The translations under genes and the position numbers were made by a program. The notes under the pieces were generated by a model, which had not been told where the DNA came from, searched no databases, and saw nothing but the letters and a program-made list of their open reading frames with translations. A stretch of 64,000 bases of DNA, from positions 16,965 through 80,964 of the forward strand of contig DATGSQ010000013.1 in assembly GCA_035302425.1 (NCBI GenBank), written 5' to 3'. The stretch is from Bacillota bacterium (GTDB taxonomy: Bacteria; Bacillota; Bacilli; Bacillales; Amphibacillaceae). Positions 62,169-64,000 of this stretch are shown piece by piece (the first letter of the stretch is position 1; each line of letters opens with the position of its first letter).

Positions 62169-62912
62169 TTATTTATCGGTAAGTTCTTCTTTAATTTCCG
62201 CTAAAATTTGTTGTTCTTCTTTAGATAACTTCGTTTGTTTTAACAAATCTTTACGGCGTTTATACGTTCGTTCTAACGCTTTCTTTTTACGCCACTTCAT
62301 AATATTTTCATGATGCCCTGAAAGAAGTATTTCTGGTACTTTATAACCACGGAAATTTGCCGGCCTTGTATAGTGAGGATGTTCTAATAATCCGGTAGAA
62401 AATGAATCATCTACTGCTGATTGACGGTTGCCTAGTACACCAGGTAATAATCTGACAACACTATCCATAATAACGAGGGCCCCTAATTCACCGCTCGTTA
62501 AAACGTAATCACCAATTGATATTTCATCGGTTACTAAATGTTTACGTATTCTTTCATCGTATCCTTCATAATGTCCACATATAAGGACGAGATGATCTTC
62601 TTCAGCAAGTTCTTCAGCTTTTTGTTGATTGTACGTCTCACCTTGTGGACAAAGTAGAACAATACGTGGTTTTTTTACTGCCTGTTCAGTGATCGTCTCG
62701 ACGGCATCAAAGATCGGTTGTGGTGATAAAACCATTCCCGCTCCACCACCGTATGGATAATCGTCGACTTTTTGATGTTTATTGTCAGCATATTCCCGGT
62801 AGTTTATTAAGTTGTAAGAAAACTTTTCCCGTTCGTTAGCCCGTTTTAAAATAGAACTATTTAAAACGCCTGTAAACATTTCCGGAAATAATGTTAAAAC
62901 ATCGATATGCAT
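62169..62912 (-). CDS. trmD: tRNA (guanine37-N1)-methyltransferase
   Basis: [33 protein letters not shown]. Confidence 0.98.
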   Translation of the reverse strand: MHIDVLTLFPEMFTGVLNSSILKRANEREKFSYNLINYREYADNKHQKVDDYPYGGGAGMVLSPQPIFDAVETITEQAVKKPRIVLLCPQGETYNQQKAEELAEEDHLVLICGHYEGYDERIRKHLVTDEISIGDYVLTSGELGALVIMDSVVRLLPGVLGNRQSAVDDSFSTGLLEHPHYTRPANFRGYKVPEILLSGHHENIMKWRKKKALERTYKRRKDLLKQTKLSKEEQQILAEIKEELTDK

Positions 62913-63424
62913 TAATCTAACAACCCTTCCATAAGTTCAATCGTAATTAACTTTTTTGTAATATCAACATGTTTAACGACATCTTTTATGTAAGGTATTA
63001 AAACTTCCTTACCCTTTGTTCGTTTAACGACCCAAACATCATTCGCTCCCGGCGCTAAAATATGATCAACAACACCAATTAATTCACCTTCAGTTGTTAC
63101 GACTTCACAGCCGATTATCTCATAATAATAATATTGTCCTTCAGGAAGTGGTGTCAATTGGCTTTGTTTAATATGTAATGTTATTTGCATAAGTTGTTGG
63201 ACATCTTCTATTCGCTCATATCCCTCAAAACGTAATAAATCAAATTGTTTATGTGTTCGATGACTTTTAATCGTTAATGGTATAGTGTTATTATTTTTTT
63301 TTATATACAATGTATTACCGACATTAAACCGCTCAGGGAAATCTGTTATCCGAATAACACGGACTTCACCTTTTACACCATGTGTATTAACAATTTTACC
63401 CACTTCATAAAGCGTTTCTGACAT
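62912..63424 (-). CDS. rimM: ribosome maturation factor RimM
   Basis: [26 protein letters not shown]. Confidence 0.97.
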   Translation of the reverse strand: MSETLYEVGKIVNTHGVKGEVRVIRITDFPERFNVGNTLYIKKNNNTIPLTIKSHRTHKQFDLLRFEGYERIEDVQQLMQITLHIKQSQLTPLPEGQYYYYEIIGCEVVTTEGELIGVVDHILAPGANDVWVVKRTKGKEVLIPYIKDVVKHVDITKKLITIELMEGLLD

Positions 63425-63433
63425 TTCATTCAC

Positions 63434-63826
63434 CTACACATTTTCTATTTTAATGACAATACCGTCTTTTATAATGATTGCCTGCTGTTGCATTTGTTCA
63501 TACCAATTCATCCCAAGTTCTACTTCAACGAGAGCGTCAACTTCCGTTTCAACAATTTCTGCCCCGTAATTAAGACGTTCCAGTTGACTAAGTTTAAAGT
63601 CAATTAGTGCCATTTTTTCTTCTCGTTTCTTAATTTCCATGGCAAACTTTTTTTCAATTGACTCTTTCGATAAATGTGTACGCTGCATTAATTTACGTTT
63701 TTCAAAGTTTAATTGTTGACACTCTTGTTCAAGTTGCACCTTTTCTTTTTGAAAATTTGCTGTTAAACGTTGCTTACTAGTCGGTGTTAATATTTGTTTA
63801 ACGATAACTTTTTTTATAATTTTCAT
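63434..63826 (-). CDS. ylqD: YlqD family protein
   Basis: VIVKQILT..QLEQECQQLNFEKRK; position between ylqC and rimM. Confidence 0.88.
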   Translation of the reverse strand: MKIIKKVIVKQILTPTSKQRLTANFQKEKVQLEQECQQLNFEKRKLMQRTHLSKESIEKKFAMEIKKREEKMALIDFKLSQLERLNYGAEIVETEVDALVEVELGMNWYEQMQQQAIIIKDGIVIKIENV

Positions 63827-63883
63827 AAATTACTTCATCCTTTAAACAGATAGAGGGAAGGTATATTTCCCTCCCCCCTTCGT

Positions 63884-64000
63884 TTACATAATATCTAAGT
63901 AAACACGTTTTTGTGTATCTGTTTTAGCTGCATAGACGACTGTCCGTAACGCTTTAGCAATTCGTCCGTTTTTACCGATCACTTTTCCTACATCATCTTC
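63884..64000 (-). CDS. khpA: KH-domain RNA-binding protein KhpA (YlqC), 3' part
   Basis: Manual translation EDDVGKVIGKNGRIAKALRTVVYAAKTDTQKRVYLDIM*. Confidence 0.93.
   Translation of the reverse strand, partial: EDDVGKVIGKNGRIAKALRTVVYAAKTDTQKRVYLDIM

Overview
This is a low-GC Bacillaceae chromosomal segment; gene order and content look Virgibacillus/Oceanobacillus-like (inference). It is read against the direction of transcription, and every real gene is on the minus strand. In transcription order it runs khpA(ylqC)-ylqD-rimM-trmD-rplS-lepB-rbgA-rnhB-ylqG-ylqH-sucCD-dprA-topA-xerC(codV)-hslVU-codY, then a complete ~29 kb fla/che operon (flgB to sigD, DUF342, hypothetical, swrB), then rpsB-tsf-pyrH-frr-uppS-cdsA-rseP-polC-rimP-nusA-ylxRQ-infB-ylxP-rbfA-truB-ribF-rpsO-pnp. 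I found no mobile elements, CRISPR arrays, tRNAs or rRNAs. Compared with B. subtilis, trmFO, dxr and proS are missing from their usual positions, while TIGR02530, DUF342 and a 106-aa gene are added to the flagellar operon. The most interesting signals are: (1) a two-hairpin RNA with a repeated GCUG...GAAGC motif between the uncharacterised TIGR02530 gene and flgE, a candidate protein-RNA switch for hook synthesis; (2) an SD-hairpin-AUG split ribosome-binding site for swrD/flbD; (3) an L27-like Prp cleavage motif (LDLQFF/A) at the FlhB N-terminus; (4) a 1-nt frameshift at the start of sucD; (5) a second FliK-like/FlhB-C-like pair (ylqG-ylqH); and (6) structured leaders upstream of rimP-nusA and xerC-codY.
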